Program-made: the position numbers and the translations under genes
Assembly (NCBI RefSeq): GCF_902713615.1
Contig: NC_052172.1
Span: forward strand, 248,001-312,000
DNA length: 64,000 nt
Direction: 5' to 3'
DNA from: Scyliorhinus canicula
Lineage: Eukaryota
In this document: piece by piece, positions 12,014 to 25,622 of the stretch
Layout of the letters: every line of letters starts with the position of its first letter
Numbering within the stretch: position 1 is the stretch's first letter
Notes under the pieces: model-generated
What the model saw: the letters and a program-made list of their open reading frames with translations, nothing else
Databases searched by the model: none
What the model was told of the DNA's origin: nothing

Positions 12014-12126
12014 CACCAATCAGGGCCCTGATATCCTTGCCGCCCATCGCTCTTTTCAAACTTGTCCACGGGATCGGGCTGCATCCAATGAGGAGAAGAG
12101 GGCGGTCACTATAATGCCTTAAATAG
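12014..12126 (+). promoter_or_regulatory. Histone H3 promoter
   Basis: CCAAT at ~12016 and ~12085, GGGCGG at ~12100, TTAAATAG at ~12119. Confidence 0.7.
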
Positions 12127-12594
<468 letters not shown>

Positions 12595-12623
12595 AACCCG
12601 GCTTCACCAATAATAACAACAAA

Positions 12624-12664
12624 GGCTCTTTTAAGAGCCACCAAGTCGGTCAGGAAAAGAGCTT
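12624..12664 (+). terminator. Histone stem-loop + HDE (H3)
   Basis: GGCTCT-TTTA-AGAGCC ACCA; gaaaagagct. Confidence 0.95.
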
Positions 12665-12859
12665 ACACCCCAGTATCTCGATTCAGCATTTTTAAAAATC
12701 TCTATGTTATTTGTTTCCTCAATGCCCTGGATCCGTTATCTGTTGTAGTCCAGCCCGTATTTAATTTCAGCCCAATAAACTAGACTGGCTGTGATTACTA
12801 ATACTAATAACAATATCATGTAATCACAGGGACTGCACCGACGCCTGGAAAGAGCAATT

Positions 12860-12978
12860 TAGATAGATAGATAGATTGATAGGTAGAGAGACAGATATAT
12901 GGATGGAAAGATAGATACGAAAGAGATAGAAACTTGCATAGATATACGGATGGATCGATAGATATGTAGACAGGTAGA
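12860..12978. repeat. Degenerate (GATA)n microsatellite
   Basis: agatagatagatag... Confidence 0.8.
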
Positions 12979-13585
12979 AAGACCGTAAATACTAAGTCAC
13001 TCACAGAAAAGTTGCCATTACAGCCGATGGCTTTAGGCCAATTCTTACAATTTACTCTGCATTACAATGAACTTTCTCGTCTCCAGGAAAATTCATCGTT
13101 TATAAAATATGCTGTTGTCATTTTTGCCGCACAGTATGTAATATCAAAGCCTTTTTATTGGAGCTATAATAATTTCAGTTTCCTAGGATTTCTTACCCCA
13201 ATAAACTGCTTCCATAAAAACCTTCCTGCACATCGTGAGCCAGAGTTTGATGTTAATCCGAGGCTCCGAGTACGAAGCGTGTCACACAGTAACCCACTTG
13301 CAGATATAGTCATTGCAGAAACACCGACACATTAAATAGCAGAGCGGAATCTCTTGCGGAGAGATTACAGATCAGACATCCTTCTTTGAGCAATATTATT
13401 GGAACTAAGATCATTTCAGATCAGACACTTTTATCCCAAATAAACACATATAATTCACATGTGTCATAAATACTGAACATGTAAATAATGTCACGCACAG
13501 AATGCGCTGCGGATTGATGTCATAAAACGTGAAACATTTGCACATTAAGCAAAAGAGCAGAATCTCTGACGGTCAGATAATAGTT

Positions 13586-13625
13586 AGGCCTTTTCCAGAT
13601 AAAGTGAGTGGCTCTGAAAAGAGCC
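13586..13625 (-). terminator. Histone stem-loop + HDE (H2A)
   Basis: Minus strand GGCTCT-TTTC-AGAGCC (13625-13610), gaaaaggcct downstream. Confidence 0.93.
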
Positions 13626-13655
13626 TTTGGGTTATTATATTAAAGAACGTTCGCT

Positions 13656-14093
<438 letters not shown>

Positions 14094-14099
14094 TCACTT

Positions 14100-14260
14100 C
14101 TCTTATAGCTTCAGGAGGAATGGCGGTGCACACATTGCTGATTGGTTATCTGAACAACATTGTGGAGCCGGCTACAAAGTGACCAATCAGATATCTGTTT
14201 GAAGCACCAATCAGGAGAATCTACTGGTGCTGAGGGCGGAAAGTTTGGGCGCCAAATGTT
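14100..14260 (-). promoter_or_regulatory. Histone H2A promoter
   Basis: TATAAG (minus) ~14107, three CCAAT boxes (~14141, 14183, 14207), E2F-like tttggcgc ~14250. Confidence 0.7.
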
Positions 14261-14668
14261 CAGATTCCAACCGAATATTTATTTCAAAGCTTAAAAGAGC
14301 GCAAAAAGATAAAACAGATAAAATTGAACAAGGACCGAAAAAAAATGTGACTAAATCATTTAGTTTTGAGTATAGGATTGTTGGATTCTCTCTCTTTGAC
14401 GAGTCTACAGTTTCCCTTTATTTGTCAGTTTCGGATTTGGGGATTTCTTTGTAACTGACGAATCCAAAACAAATTAAAGCAAATAATGCGGATGCGGCAA
14501 ATGTGAATTGAAGAGAAAATGCTGCAGAAAATCAGCATGTCTGTGAGTATCCGTGGAAATGTTTCGGATTTAGATCCGAAACTGTTCCCACGGATTCTTA
14601 CAATTTGGATTGGAATCGAGTTTAATCTGGCTGCTGTTTAAAACGCTATCAGCCGGAGACAGAATGTC

Positions 14669-15600
14669 ACTCTCCGGGGGCTGTCCCGCGCATGCGTGCT
14701 CACTCAGCACTATCAGGCAGTGCGCAGGCGCGGCCCTCAGCGTCCAGACCACCTCCTCCTGACGTCACCGGGCTGTCCAGGGGCAGCTTCTTTGAAGCAA
14801 CACCAGGTTGAAGCGGCGCTGGGAGAGCAGATCCTCCATTTTGTAGCTGGTAGCTGGGAAGAATTGGAAATGGATGGTTTTGTAATAAAGAAGAGAGGGT
14901 CAGAGACACAAACAGGCCCGGATCTCACAACTAAATCTGTGGGAGAGTCGCCCAGGGGAGTGACAGCAACACAAAGCAGAGCTGGTGTCAGCTCCACGGC
15001 CTCTGCTCAACAACCCATTCAGAAGGAGCTGAAATCAGGAACACAGCAGAATAAAGGTGATATTTGAAGGTATGTCTTAAAAATTGTGCCAATGCAAATC
15101 AGGATCCCCTCCGGCTGATATATTTGGAGATGAGACGTGGATGCTCTCTATGTGGTGGGCAGCACGGTAGCATGGTGGTTAGCATAAATGCTTCACAGCT
15201 CCAGGGTCCCAGGTTCGATTCCCGGCTGGGTCACTGTCTGTGTGGAGTCTGCACGTCCTCCCCGTGTGTGCGTCGGTTTCCTCCGGGTGCTCCGGTTTCC
15301 TCCCACAGTCCAAAGATGTGTGGGTTAGGTGGATTGGCCATGCTAAATTGCCCGTAGTGTAAGGTTAATGGGGGGATTGTTGGGTTACGGGTATAGGGTG
15401 GATACGTGTGTTTGAGTAGGGTGATCATTGCTCGGCACAACATCGAGGGACGAAGCGCCTGTTCTGTGCTGTACTGTTCAATGTTCTATGTTCTATGTCT
15501 TACCTTGCAGACATCTTTTCAATTCTAAACACACTGAACCTCAAATTGCAAGGAAAGGAGGAGGATTGCTTTTGGCGCTGTGAAGAATTTGATGCTTTCC
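14669..15600 (+). mobile_element. Probable hAT (Charlie/Buster/ZBED5-like) DNA transposon remnant
   Basis: CpG-rich left arm followed by MDGFVIKKR...KELKSGTQQNKGDI*RY..NCANANQDP, resembling the N-terminus of BED-finger hAT transposases; disrupted. No TIR identified. Confidence 0.45.
15157..15497 (+). mobile_element. HE1-type V-SINE, full length
   Basis: Head, V-core, (ttctatg)n tail; nearly identical to 57377-57722. Confidence 0.92.
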
Positions 15601-15989
15601 AAAAGTAATTGAATGTTAGGCAACTGCGAGTAGAAAGCCAATCCTCCTACACGTTCCCCACACTGCAATGACATATGGAAGAAAATAGTAAGGGAACTGT
15701 CGATAGACTGGCTGCGCTGATCAACAGTTTTTATCGCTTTTTCAGAAGAGAAGTTTCAGATTTTGAGAGAGAATTGGTTGGTGAAAACTCCCTTTGACCC
15801 CGGACTCAATTACAAACTGATAGCTGACACCAAATGTACAAACTGAGCTTCTGCACCTCACCTGTGACAGCACATTAAAAATACGCCACAACCCCATGAG
15901 GTTTTCAGAATTCTGGCGTCGCGTCTAGGAGGAGCATGCAGTGCTGAGTAAAACCAGCATTCTGTTGCTATTACACATCACAAGGATCT

Positions 15990-16316
15990 ACATAAGACCA
16001 TAAGACATAGGAGTGGAAGTAAGGCCATTCGGCCCATCGAGTCCACTCCGCCATTCAATCATGGCTGATGGGCATTTCAACTCCACCTACCAGCATTCTC
16101 CCCGTAGCCCTTAATTCCTCGCAACATCAAGAATTTATCTATCTCTGCCTTGAAGCCATTTAGCGTCCCGGCCTCCACTGCACTCCGCGGCAATGAATTC
16201 CACAGGCCCACCACTCTCTGGCTGAAGAAATGTCTCCGCATTTCTGTTCTGAATTTACCCCCTCTAATTCTAAGGCTGTGCCCACGGGTCCTCGGCTCCT
16301 CGCCTAACGGAAACAG
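15990..16316 (-). mobile_element. CR1 LINE 3' fragment
   Basis: (cataagac) tail repeats and FFSQRVVGLWNSLP on the minus strand. Confidence 0.85.
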
Positions 16317-16868
16317 TTACATGTTAAAGGTTTGGATTTTCATCCTCAAAAGGATGAAGACAGCACAAAGGAACCAGCTGAACTCTGCACCTGATACACG
16401 CACTGCCCTCTCCACATCTGAACCTGATTGAAGTGAGATCATAAGGACCAAGCAAGCTCACCTGCTGCATTGAAGGTAAGAGAACATAGTGGGTCATGGT
16501 GGTCTGCTTGAGTGGGTCCCAAAGGTAGTTCATCCATTTTTCCTTCATTTACCAGGACTAACTGATCTAATGTCATTGATGTAGTACATATGTTACAGAT
16601 AAGAACATTTATAACTTAATCAGAATGGTAAAGGCAGTTTCAGACGTCAGGACGAGACCAGGTCTCATGCTACAAGAAGAGACCTAAGCAATGACACATA
16701 TTATAAGAATTATTATTGGTAAACATGCAGTTACTGAAGAAATATTTTAAAATCCAGGTTTGGCAGTATGTCATGGTGCACGTTACAGAGAAAGTGCTGC
16801 AAGCTGCTCAGAACTGTATGTTAACTATTCAAGTGGAGACTGGAGAAACTTTCAACTGGAGCTGAGTT

Positions 16869-17285
16869 CATAGATTTCATAGAATCTACAGTGCAGAAGG
16901 CGGCCATTCAGCCCATCGAGTCTGCAATAGCCCTTGGAAAGAGCATACTAATAATAATAGCTCATTGTCACAAGTAGGCTTCAGTGAAGTTACTGTGAAA
17001 AGCCCCAGTCGCTAGATTCCGGCGCCTGTTCGTGGAGGCCGGTACGGGAATTGAACCCGCGCTGCTGGCCTTGTTCTGCATTACAAGCCAGCTGCGTAGC
17101 CCACTGTGCTAAACCAGCCCCCCCAACTGCCGAAGCCCACACCTCAACCCTATCCCCACACCACCCTCTCCCCGGAAACCTTCCTTCACCTTTTTTGGAC
17201 ACTAAGGAAAATTTTGCATTGCCAATCCACATAACCTGCACATCTTTGGACTGTGGGAGGAATCCGGAGCACCCGGAGGAAACAT
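16869..17285 (-). mobile_element. 5'-truncated HE1 SINE containing a nested tRNA-SINE (~16949-17120)
   Basis: HE1 tail and core split by a minus-strand relative of the SINE at 1589-1777. Confidence 0.8.
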
Positions 17286-17619
17286 GGAGAGAACGTGTAG
17301 ACTCAGTTGACTGTAAACCAGCGGAGTGTTCAAATCATATTCAATTACAAATTGGAAACGAGGGGAGTGAGTAAATCAGTGGTGTGGGTAAACCAGGGAG
17401 TGTGGAAATCAGGGGAGTGCTTCAAACCAGGGGACTGTCCAAGACAAGACAATTCTCTAAAGCCACTGAAATGTATCAACCAGCGGACTCTGTGAACCAG
17501 AATCGTGTACAAACCAAATTCAATTTCAAATATTAAAGGGGTGAAATTGAAGTGAATCAATGAAATGGTAGTCAGAAAGTGTGAGTTTTAGGGGCTGAGT
17601 GACAGTGTAATAACAAACA

Positions 17620-20600
17620 AGCTGCAGGCAATGGCTGCAGATTGAATATCTCATTGGGACAAACACACAGCTACAAAGGTGATTGGTTGAGCCCTGCGCT
17701 GAAGAGCGCAGTCCGCCCCCCCCTTTTTCACCCCCGTGGCGGGTGTGTGGCAGCTGCCACTTTGCTTTAGGCCCGTCCGGGGCTGAAGAACGCTGCCCGG
17801 CTTACAGTGACTATCTGCTGCTGCCCTGTGACACCTGCTGTTGTGGTGCCACATCTTTCCCCTATTACCCTGGTTGTGCCATACCAAAGGTGGGCATAGC
17901 CAGGACCCAGGGGCATCCTCCACTCTGCCGGGGGCAGGGCGGCCAAGAACCTGTGCGGGGGCGACAGCCTCTCGACCCTCCACGGCCCCCTCGCCATTCC
18001 GCCTACTAACCTGGCAACTTGGGGTCAAATGTTATGCCCATCCCACCATGACGATCGAGGCATGCACTCGTGTGATGGCCGGGGTCGTTGGCCCCTTGGC
18101 CATCGTAGCTGATTCTGCGATGTATGGCAAGGCCGTGTTTTTCCTGCGTGCCGAGCAGGCGGTCCACCGTGTCCTGCAAAGGGGGTTCACAGTGGGTGGG
18201 ACACATGGCGGTGGACCCACTGGAGGCCACTGCCGAACGTGTCATTGTCCCACCCTACCTCCCCACTGAGCTCCTCCTCCCCCATCTCTACTTCCTGGGG
18301 GAGGTCAGGTCCGGGGTGGCACCTCTGACACTCGGCCTGCCGGGACCCTTCCCTCCGTCATGTATTCTCCTTCCGGCATCGGGTTTTTGCCCGCCTTACC
18401 TGGGAGAAGGTCACGGAGGGAGGGTTTTGTGGTTCCCCACCAAGGGAAGGATCATTAAGAGATCCGGTCTGTGGATGGTATGCAGTGCCATGCTTACAGA
18501 GGGCTGGGGCATATTCACCGCAACTGCCCCACCCTGACGGCTGCCGCCAACACCAGCTCCAGGACGGCCATGGCTGGCACGGCCACCCTCTCCTCTACCA
18601 CCTCTTTGTCTGCCCAGCAGCCGGCCCCTAACAACACCGTAGCTGCTGGCGGGGGGGGAGGGGGAGCCTCCGCTAGCCAAGAGGCAGCCTAAAAAGGCCA
18701 AACGGAAGACGGCGCGACGGTCAGACCGGGCCCATCCACACCTTGGCCCCATCACGCATACTGACCCCGTGCCCGTCCCAACCAACTCAGAGGCTGCAGC
18801 CTCACCTCGGGATACCGCCACCGCCTCACAACAACATGAGGGGCCTGGAGAGACCAACACACGGGGTCCGGAGGGCGGTGGGGACCCTGGGTACGGCCCC
18901 GAGCTGGAGGCTGTTCCAGCCTCACCACAGTGCTGGGGGGGGGGGGGGGGGGGCGCTACCGAGGGCCCTCCAGCGGTGGAGGCCCCACAGCAAGATCAGC
19001 CTGCCCCTCTCCGCAAGCACCGCCGGCCCGGGTTGGAGGAGGTGGTGGATCTCGCTACCCCCTCCCCAGGCGAGCGGGGTCGGGTATCTCCTGGGTTTAT
19101 TCCCATCATACTGACGTCCAGCCCCGTTAAAAAGAAGGCCAAGGCAGCCTCCAAGGCCGCTGAGGCTCCTGAGCTGCCTTCGTCCCCCGAGCAGGGAGGG
19201 CGGGGGGCGGGCGGAGACCTGACCCCCGAGTGCTCGTTCCGCCCGGTGTAGTTTTACTCTCCGGTCACCTCCTTTTGTTCATCGCTGGGGGCTGGCAGCA
19301 GCCACCAGAGCCCCGATATCTTCAGGTTGTGGGCGGGCGACGGCGAGGAAGGTTCCCCACTCACCAGGCCCATGCAGACGATGCCAAGGAGCCCAGGATC
19401 CATCCTGGAGCTGTTCCCGGGTCTCTCCGAGGGCCCGGCAATGACGGTGGAGACGGGGTTGGAGCCCCCACCGTCCACGGACTCTGAATCGATGGGGGAG
19501 CCTGTGAGGAACCCGCCTGAGGGCGATCCTGGGGGATGGATTGACCCAGACCAAGGGGAGCAGCGCCAAGCGGTTCTGTTCCTCGCGGGGCTCCTGAGGG
19601 AGTGGAGGGGGCAACAACCCTCTATTTCCCCTGAGCACTGAGTTATGGCTGATTGGTGAAGGACACATGCTACAACTGACATGGAGGTAACCATAGCCAG
19701 CCTCAACATCCACGGCAGCACGGACGCGCATCACCGTTTCCAGTGCTTCTCTGTCCTCCAGGGCGGAAAGTACGGGATGTGCTTCCTGCAAGAAACCCTC
19801 GCCATTCCGGGGGACGAAGCTAAGTGGACCCTGGAGTGGCAAGAAGGAGACTTCATGAGTCACTTGGCCCCACGTTCGGGCGGGGTGGCTATCTTGTTGG
19901 CTCCACATTTTCAGACAGGGATCTTGAGGATCAAGGAGCCAGTGCCAGGCCGTCTGTTGCATTTAACGATCCGCGACAGGGACGTGGTGCTTCACTTTGT
20001 GAATGTATACACTCCCCTGGCCGGGCCGCAGCAGACGGCTTTCTTTGACAAAGGGTCCACTCTTCTTGGCATCATCCCTGTGGGCGAGTGCATCGTCCTT
20101 GGAGGGGATTTCAGTTGCACCCTCCAGGACAAGGACTGTGGTAGAGTTCAGCGCAGCTCGTAGGCGGTGGTCAAGTTAAGGGACCTGGTCAGGTCCTTCG
20201 ACTTGGTGGACGTCTGGCAAACTCTCCATCCTGAATCGCAGTGTACACATTTGTGGGCCCTCTGTTCGGAGCGTCCAGAATCGATCGTCTTTACATTTCT
20301 AGGATGTACTTGCCCAGCGTTCCGACGGCATCTCTGGAGCTGGTGCCGTGCTCGGATCATCACCTGGTGTGGGTGGGGCTCGGCCCGTCCCGCGCTCAGG
20401 CACGGTCCGCGTACTTGCACTTTAACAACACGCTGCTGGACAACGAGCGGTTCCTGGACTCGTTTTGCCGGTTCTGGGCCGGCTGGACGTTTGCAGAGTT
20501 CTGTGGGAGGACCTGCCTCAGGTCGGCCCGGACGGCGTCTGGAGGCTCGAACATACCATCAATCTTCAAGAGCTGACCCGTGCCCTCGACAGCTTGTCAA

Positions 20601-23240
20601 GGGGCAAGACCCCAGGGCTGGACGGGCTGACCGTGGAGTTCTTCAGGGCGTTCTGGGACGTCCTGGGGAGCGACTACGCTGGGGTCCTGGGGGAATGTAT
20701 CGCGACCGGGGAGATGCCCGTTTCATGGCGCAGGGCCGTTATTGCCCTGCTGCCCAAGAAGGGGGATCTCCGCCGACTTAAAAACTGGAGACCGGTCTCC
20801 CTTCTCGGCACAGACTACAAAATATTTGCCAAGGTCATATTTTTGCACCTCTACCCTATGCTGGACCACATGATCCACCCTGACCAGTCCTACACCGTCC
20901 CGAACTGCACCATTTATGATAATATCCATGTGGTCCGGGAAATCATCAATCATTCCCAGAGGACTGGTATGTTGAGCGCCTTCCTGCCTCTTGACCAGGA
21001 GAAGGCGTTCGACAGGGTGGGGCACGAGTATTTGCTCGGGACTCTGCGAGCCTTTGGGTTCAGGACGGACTTTGTCGCCTGGATCCGATTACTGTACGCT
21101 GCCTCGGTGTGTCTGATTAAGGTTAACGGTCCCTGACTGCACCCGTTAACTTTGGGAGAGGAGTGCGTCAGGGCTGCCCCTTGTCTGGCCAACTTTATTC
21201 TCTTTGCGTGGAGCCTTTCCTGTGCCTCCTGCGGAGGAGGTTGCCGAGGCTGGTTCTGCGTGAGCCGAGCCTGGCGGTGGTCCTTTCGGCTTCAGCTGAT
21301 GATGTGCTCCTCATGTTCACTGACCCCGGTTGATCTGTTGGGTAAGCTGGGTCTATGTGGACTGTGTTTGATGCAGTGTAGGGAGAGACGGGCTTCCAAC
21401 ACTTGATGAGATGCAACACGATGTTATTTAACATCTAACTATATTACATGCTTAACTGTGGGTTGACACTATGCTGACTTGACTGGAGACCTGAGGCTAG
21501 CCTGACCAGACTAACTGACTACCACATGGTGTTTGCACTGGCTGCTGCTCACGAGCTCTGACTGTCTCAGAGACTGGATCCCGAGAGAGCGGGAAAACTG
21601 GTGCCCTCTGGCTTTATAATGGTTATGTCCTGTCTGGTGATTGGCTGCTGTGTTCTGTGAGCTTACTGGTCATCCTGTGTGTCAATCACTGCCTGTCAGC
21701 ACTCCATCATATACATGGTTGTATATTATGATATCTCACTCCTTTTTTAAAAAAGTATGTGTTCAGGTAATAAATATTGAGGTGTGTGTAGGTGAAGATG
21801 TGTTTCGGTACTTGACTGTATACAGTGCTGTCCTACAGGGGTCGAGTTCTCATCATAAACCAGCTGATAGCCTCCATGCTGTGGTACCGGCTGGTCACAT
21901 TGACCCCTCTCCCTGACTTTGTCACACGCATCCAGAGAACTCTGATTCGATTCTTCTGGGACAATGTATTGCACTGGGTCGCTGCGGAGTTCTTGAGTCT
22001 CCCAATAGCGGAGGGCGGTCAGACGCTGGTGTGCCTTCGCATCCACATTGCGACTTTCCCCCTTCAGACTCTGCAGTGATATCTGTACTTTGAACCTCCT
22101 CGACGATGGTGTGCCCTGGGGACGTATTTCTTCCGCCAGTTCCACGGCCTGAACTACAACCTGCAACTACTGTTTGTTGGCCAGCAAGGTCTTCAGAATT
22201 CTTTGTTGGCACTGCCCGTCTTGTACCAGGACCTTCTCAAAGTCTGGAACATGGTCGCCACGCGCCACAGCTCTCTCCCCCCCCCCCCCCCCCCTCAGGA
22301 GCAGTTGCTATCGTAAGGGAGCCGCTGCTCAGGAATCCGCATCTCCGCCAATATCCATTCCGGTGGCTGGCGGAGTGGGGGGCTGTGGATGCCGGGGTGA
22401 CCAGGATCAGGGATGTGCAGGGTGGCAGAGGAGTGGACTGGGTGACGCCCTACGAGCTCGCCGGGCGCGGACCATCCAGCACGCGGCCAAAATCATCCGA
22501 GGGCTCTAAACGGTCATGCTCGGCCCCGTGGGCACTCGAGACGGCGCAGTTGTACCGTGGCATCCCGTCTGAGCGGACCCCTGCTCGGATGGAATTCCAC
22601 GTTGTTCCCAGGCCCAGGAACCCCCTCCGGGTGCCGGTACCCCACAACCCCAGCCGCCTCACGGAAACACCTCCCGTGTCTTTTCACACCGCGCGGAGGG
22701 TTTTACTGTACGGCCTGCTGCTGCACACTTTCCACCTCCTTGCCCTCACCCGGCATCCAGACCTGCCTTGTTGCCGTCCGGTGGCAGACGTCCCCACTGG
22801 AGGTCGCTCTACGGAGGCGTCCTCCCTGTCAGATTTGGGGACCTGGAGTGGAGGGAGCTGCACAAGGCAGTGCCGTGCAACCGTAGGTTAAGTTACCACA
22901 CGGCCTCCCCAGAGACCTGTCACGTTTGCGGCCTGGTGGAGACCGTGGAGCATGTGTATGTTGTCTGTCCTCGGCTGCATTCCCTTTTTAGTTTTTTGAC
23001 GACATTGTTGTTTTTGTCTTTGCACTTTAGCTCCACGTTCCTGACCTACGGACATCCGGAGCAGGGGGGAGGGTGGAAGGTGGAGGGCCTCCTTGTGAAC
23101 CGGCTCCTGGGCCTGGCCAAACTTGCCATTGATAGGTCCAGTTAGTGGGCGACCGAGGGGGTCATCCGGCCTGACTGTCTGCCCCTCTTCCGCGGCCTCG
23201 TTCGTGGCCTGGTGTCCCTGGAGCTGTAGCATGCGGTGAC
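17620..23240 (+). mobile_element. Tx1-clade non-LTR retrotransposon, decayed
   Basis: ORF1 knuckle CHAYRGLGHIHRNC (~18480); ORF2 from 19681 MEVTIASLNIHG..FLQET..GGDF, RT TPGLDGL..NWRPVSLL..DQEKAFDRV, C-terminal CHVCGLVETVEH. 5' boundary approximate. Confidence 0.9.
21336..21823 (-). mobile_element. LTR (21336-21733) plus PPT and short internal stub of a Gypsy-like LTR element
   Basis: Interrupts Tx1 RT; TG at 21336; minus-strand PPT aaaaaaggagtgaga (21748-21734); CCAAT and TATA in minus orientation. Confidence 0.65.
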
Positions 23241-24459
23241 CAAATACAGTCACAAACATCCCCCACCTTTTGTTTTTTTTTGATAGTAGTATTAAATAAT
23301 CAGCACAGTTGCTTTCCGGGAAAAAAAATGTACTTGGCTATTCCCGTCATTTGTTGAAGAGGTGCTGCTAAATTGACTTAATTTGAGGTTAATCTGTTCA
23401 GCAATTTTATTTGTTGATGGTATTCGGCAATTGGTATGGCTCAGCAAATGAGACCTGTCAACCCATCATCCAGTTTTTCTTTCTTCAGAAAAGTACTATT
23501 TGGGGTAGGATGAGATATAAGGAGATTTTGCCTTTTGATTTGCCAGCACGGTAAATGGTATCTAGAAATCGCTATAGCTCTGATTATGGCCTGTGGCCCT
23601 TATTCATTAATATGATGGGGCTATTCCCAGCATGGCATAAGTGTCTAAATCGTTGTTCCCACTGCAATAATATTGCTTTCTGCTCTCTGGATTCCTGGCA
23701 GCTTCTGAAGTAAATGACTGTTGTCCTGTGAGAAATGTACTTGGTAAACATGGAAAATTCTGAGTTAAAAGTAATTGTCAAGTGGCAGAGTCATCAACAA
23801 ATGTGTAGATAAATCTGTGACAAACCATGTCCTTAGTTCATTCACCTTATTATCTGCATGCCTGTATTCTCTTCAAAAGCCATTTTGTGTGCTTCAGCAA
23901 CCTGCATCAGTATAGCGTTAACAGCAGAGAAAGGGATTTTGTGAGGACACCTTGCAGGCCCTTATGAATTTGGATACTGTTTTGGTTTTTTGACCTGATT
24001 ACCACTCAGAATCCAGGTTTATCAACAGCTTAACTCATTAGAAGATGCACCAATGAAGAATTGGCAAATTCTACAAGATTTCAACCTTCAACCCCATATT
24101 GACTGCTTACAACAGTGGTGTAACTTGCAGAAATGTCAGTCGTCACTTAGGCTTTCTCATATTGAAGCATTAGTTCATCACTGGGCTTTAGTTCATCAGT
24201 GGCAAATTGCCCTCCAATATAGGCAGTCTGTTTGATCTTGAAATCATTGCAACCATGCCTAATCTGACCTTCATTCAGTGTTTGTGCACTTGTACTTTGT
24301 AAAACTAGCTGTAGAACATCAATCAGAGGAATCACACATTTCATCTCTCACTGATCCAGAAACACAGCCTGTTGCCACTCTGCTGAGAGCAGATAACAAA
24401 CTAGGGTCAAACCTGGAACCTTATTGGCTCAGCCTCTCACTGAATTACCTTTCTGAGCT

Positions 24460-25075
24460 ACCGCGGGAACTTGTAGTTTTTGACTACAACACGGGCTCGA
24501 TAGGAGGGTTTGCTCTATCTGTGATGACAGTGAAATGGGGAATATTCCCATTGATTCTCAATGTTGAATTGCTGCGCGGATCTGCGCATGTCCGGTTTAG
24601 CCCCGCCCTCTGCCTGTCGTCACTCTGAAGCTGACAGCGCATGCGCAGCCCCTCCAGCGAGGAAACAGCGTTCTCATTGCAGCAGCTCATCCATTTGGGA
24701 GTGTGAGCAAAGAGGCTCAGAGATCATTACTGACTCGGGGGGAGTTCAGGGAGAATCGGGGGCTGTTTGCAAGAGGCGCAGCGGGAGCCCCATCTTGTTC
24801 CGGGACTTGGAGTGAGCGGGGGGAAGGGAGAGCTCTTTCTGGGCCTGGCTTATTGTCTGATTCTGGGGCAGGATTTGGACAGTATTTTCTTTATTTTACT
24901 GATTAGAAATTGAAAGAATTGATTGATCTATCATTGGCCTCATCTGACCCTGATTTACAAGATATTTGTTTTCTTCCCCCTAGTTCAACTGATGAAGAGA
25001 TGAGTTCCCAGAACAAGATGATGATTCCTCAGCAACATGAATGTGGAGCCGTCTCCTTCTAACTGACAGTAAGTA
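24460..25075 (+). promoter_or_regulatory. CpG-rich Pol II promoter with two candidate 5' exons
   Basis: ACTACAAnTCCC (ZNF143-type) ~24465-24490, GCGCATGCGC (NRF1) ~24637, GC box ~24602; donor GTGAG at 24812, acceptor ttttcttccccctag at 24983, donor GTAAGT at 25069. Confidence 0.55.
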
Positions 25076-25519
25076 CAATATTAATCCAACATTGCAGTGA
25101 CACAGACACAACATCAGCTCCACCGTCACAGGGAACAGAAGCAGTCACACTTACATTGAGCTCAACTCCCAGATAAACATGTCCAATCCAACAGTGATAC
25201 ACGAGAGGGCAGGTGGGATAATTTTCCACAATTCACCCCTACTCCATATCATGGAACTTTGGATCAACTTGTTGTAATGACAGCTTTTCATCTGTAAAGT
25301 AATCAGGATAGTATTAATTAGGTTATAGATTGAGCAATCAATGTGGAAGTATCCATTTGCACTTCATTATAATTTTGTTGGATTAAAATATATCCGGAAG
25401 CTCATTCATCTCACAAGTTGTGAACTTTAGGTGCAAGTAAAAAGGTCAGTGTGCTGATTGAAAAGAACAGAATTATTCATGAGATTGAACTGAGACAAGT
25501 CCCAAAGCTAAATATTGGG

Positions 25520-25622
25520 GGAATATCCAATTCTCCTAACAAGCATGTCTTTCGAGACTTGTGGGAGGAAACCGGAGCATCCGGAGGAAACCCATGCAGA
25601 CACGGGGAAGACGTGCATACTC
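25520..25622 (-). mobile_element. V-SINE fragment
   Basis: gtgggaggaaaccggagcatccggaggaaaccca core. Confidence 0.7.

Noticed and set aside
15060-15075. Splice donor AAG|GTATGT ending a host exon
   Set aside because: Better explained as part of the decayed transposase frame; no partner exon found.
15157-15235. tRNA genes
   Set aside because: tRNA-like A/B boxes are SINE heads continuing into the V-core and tail.
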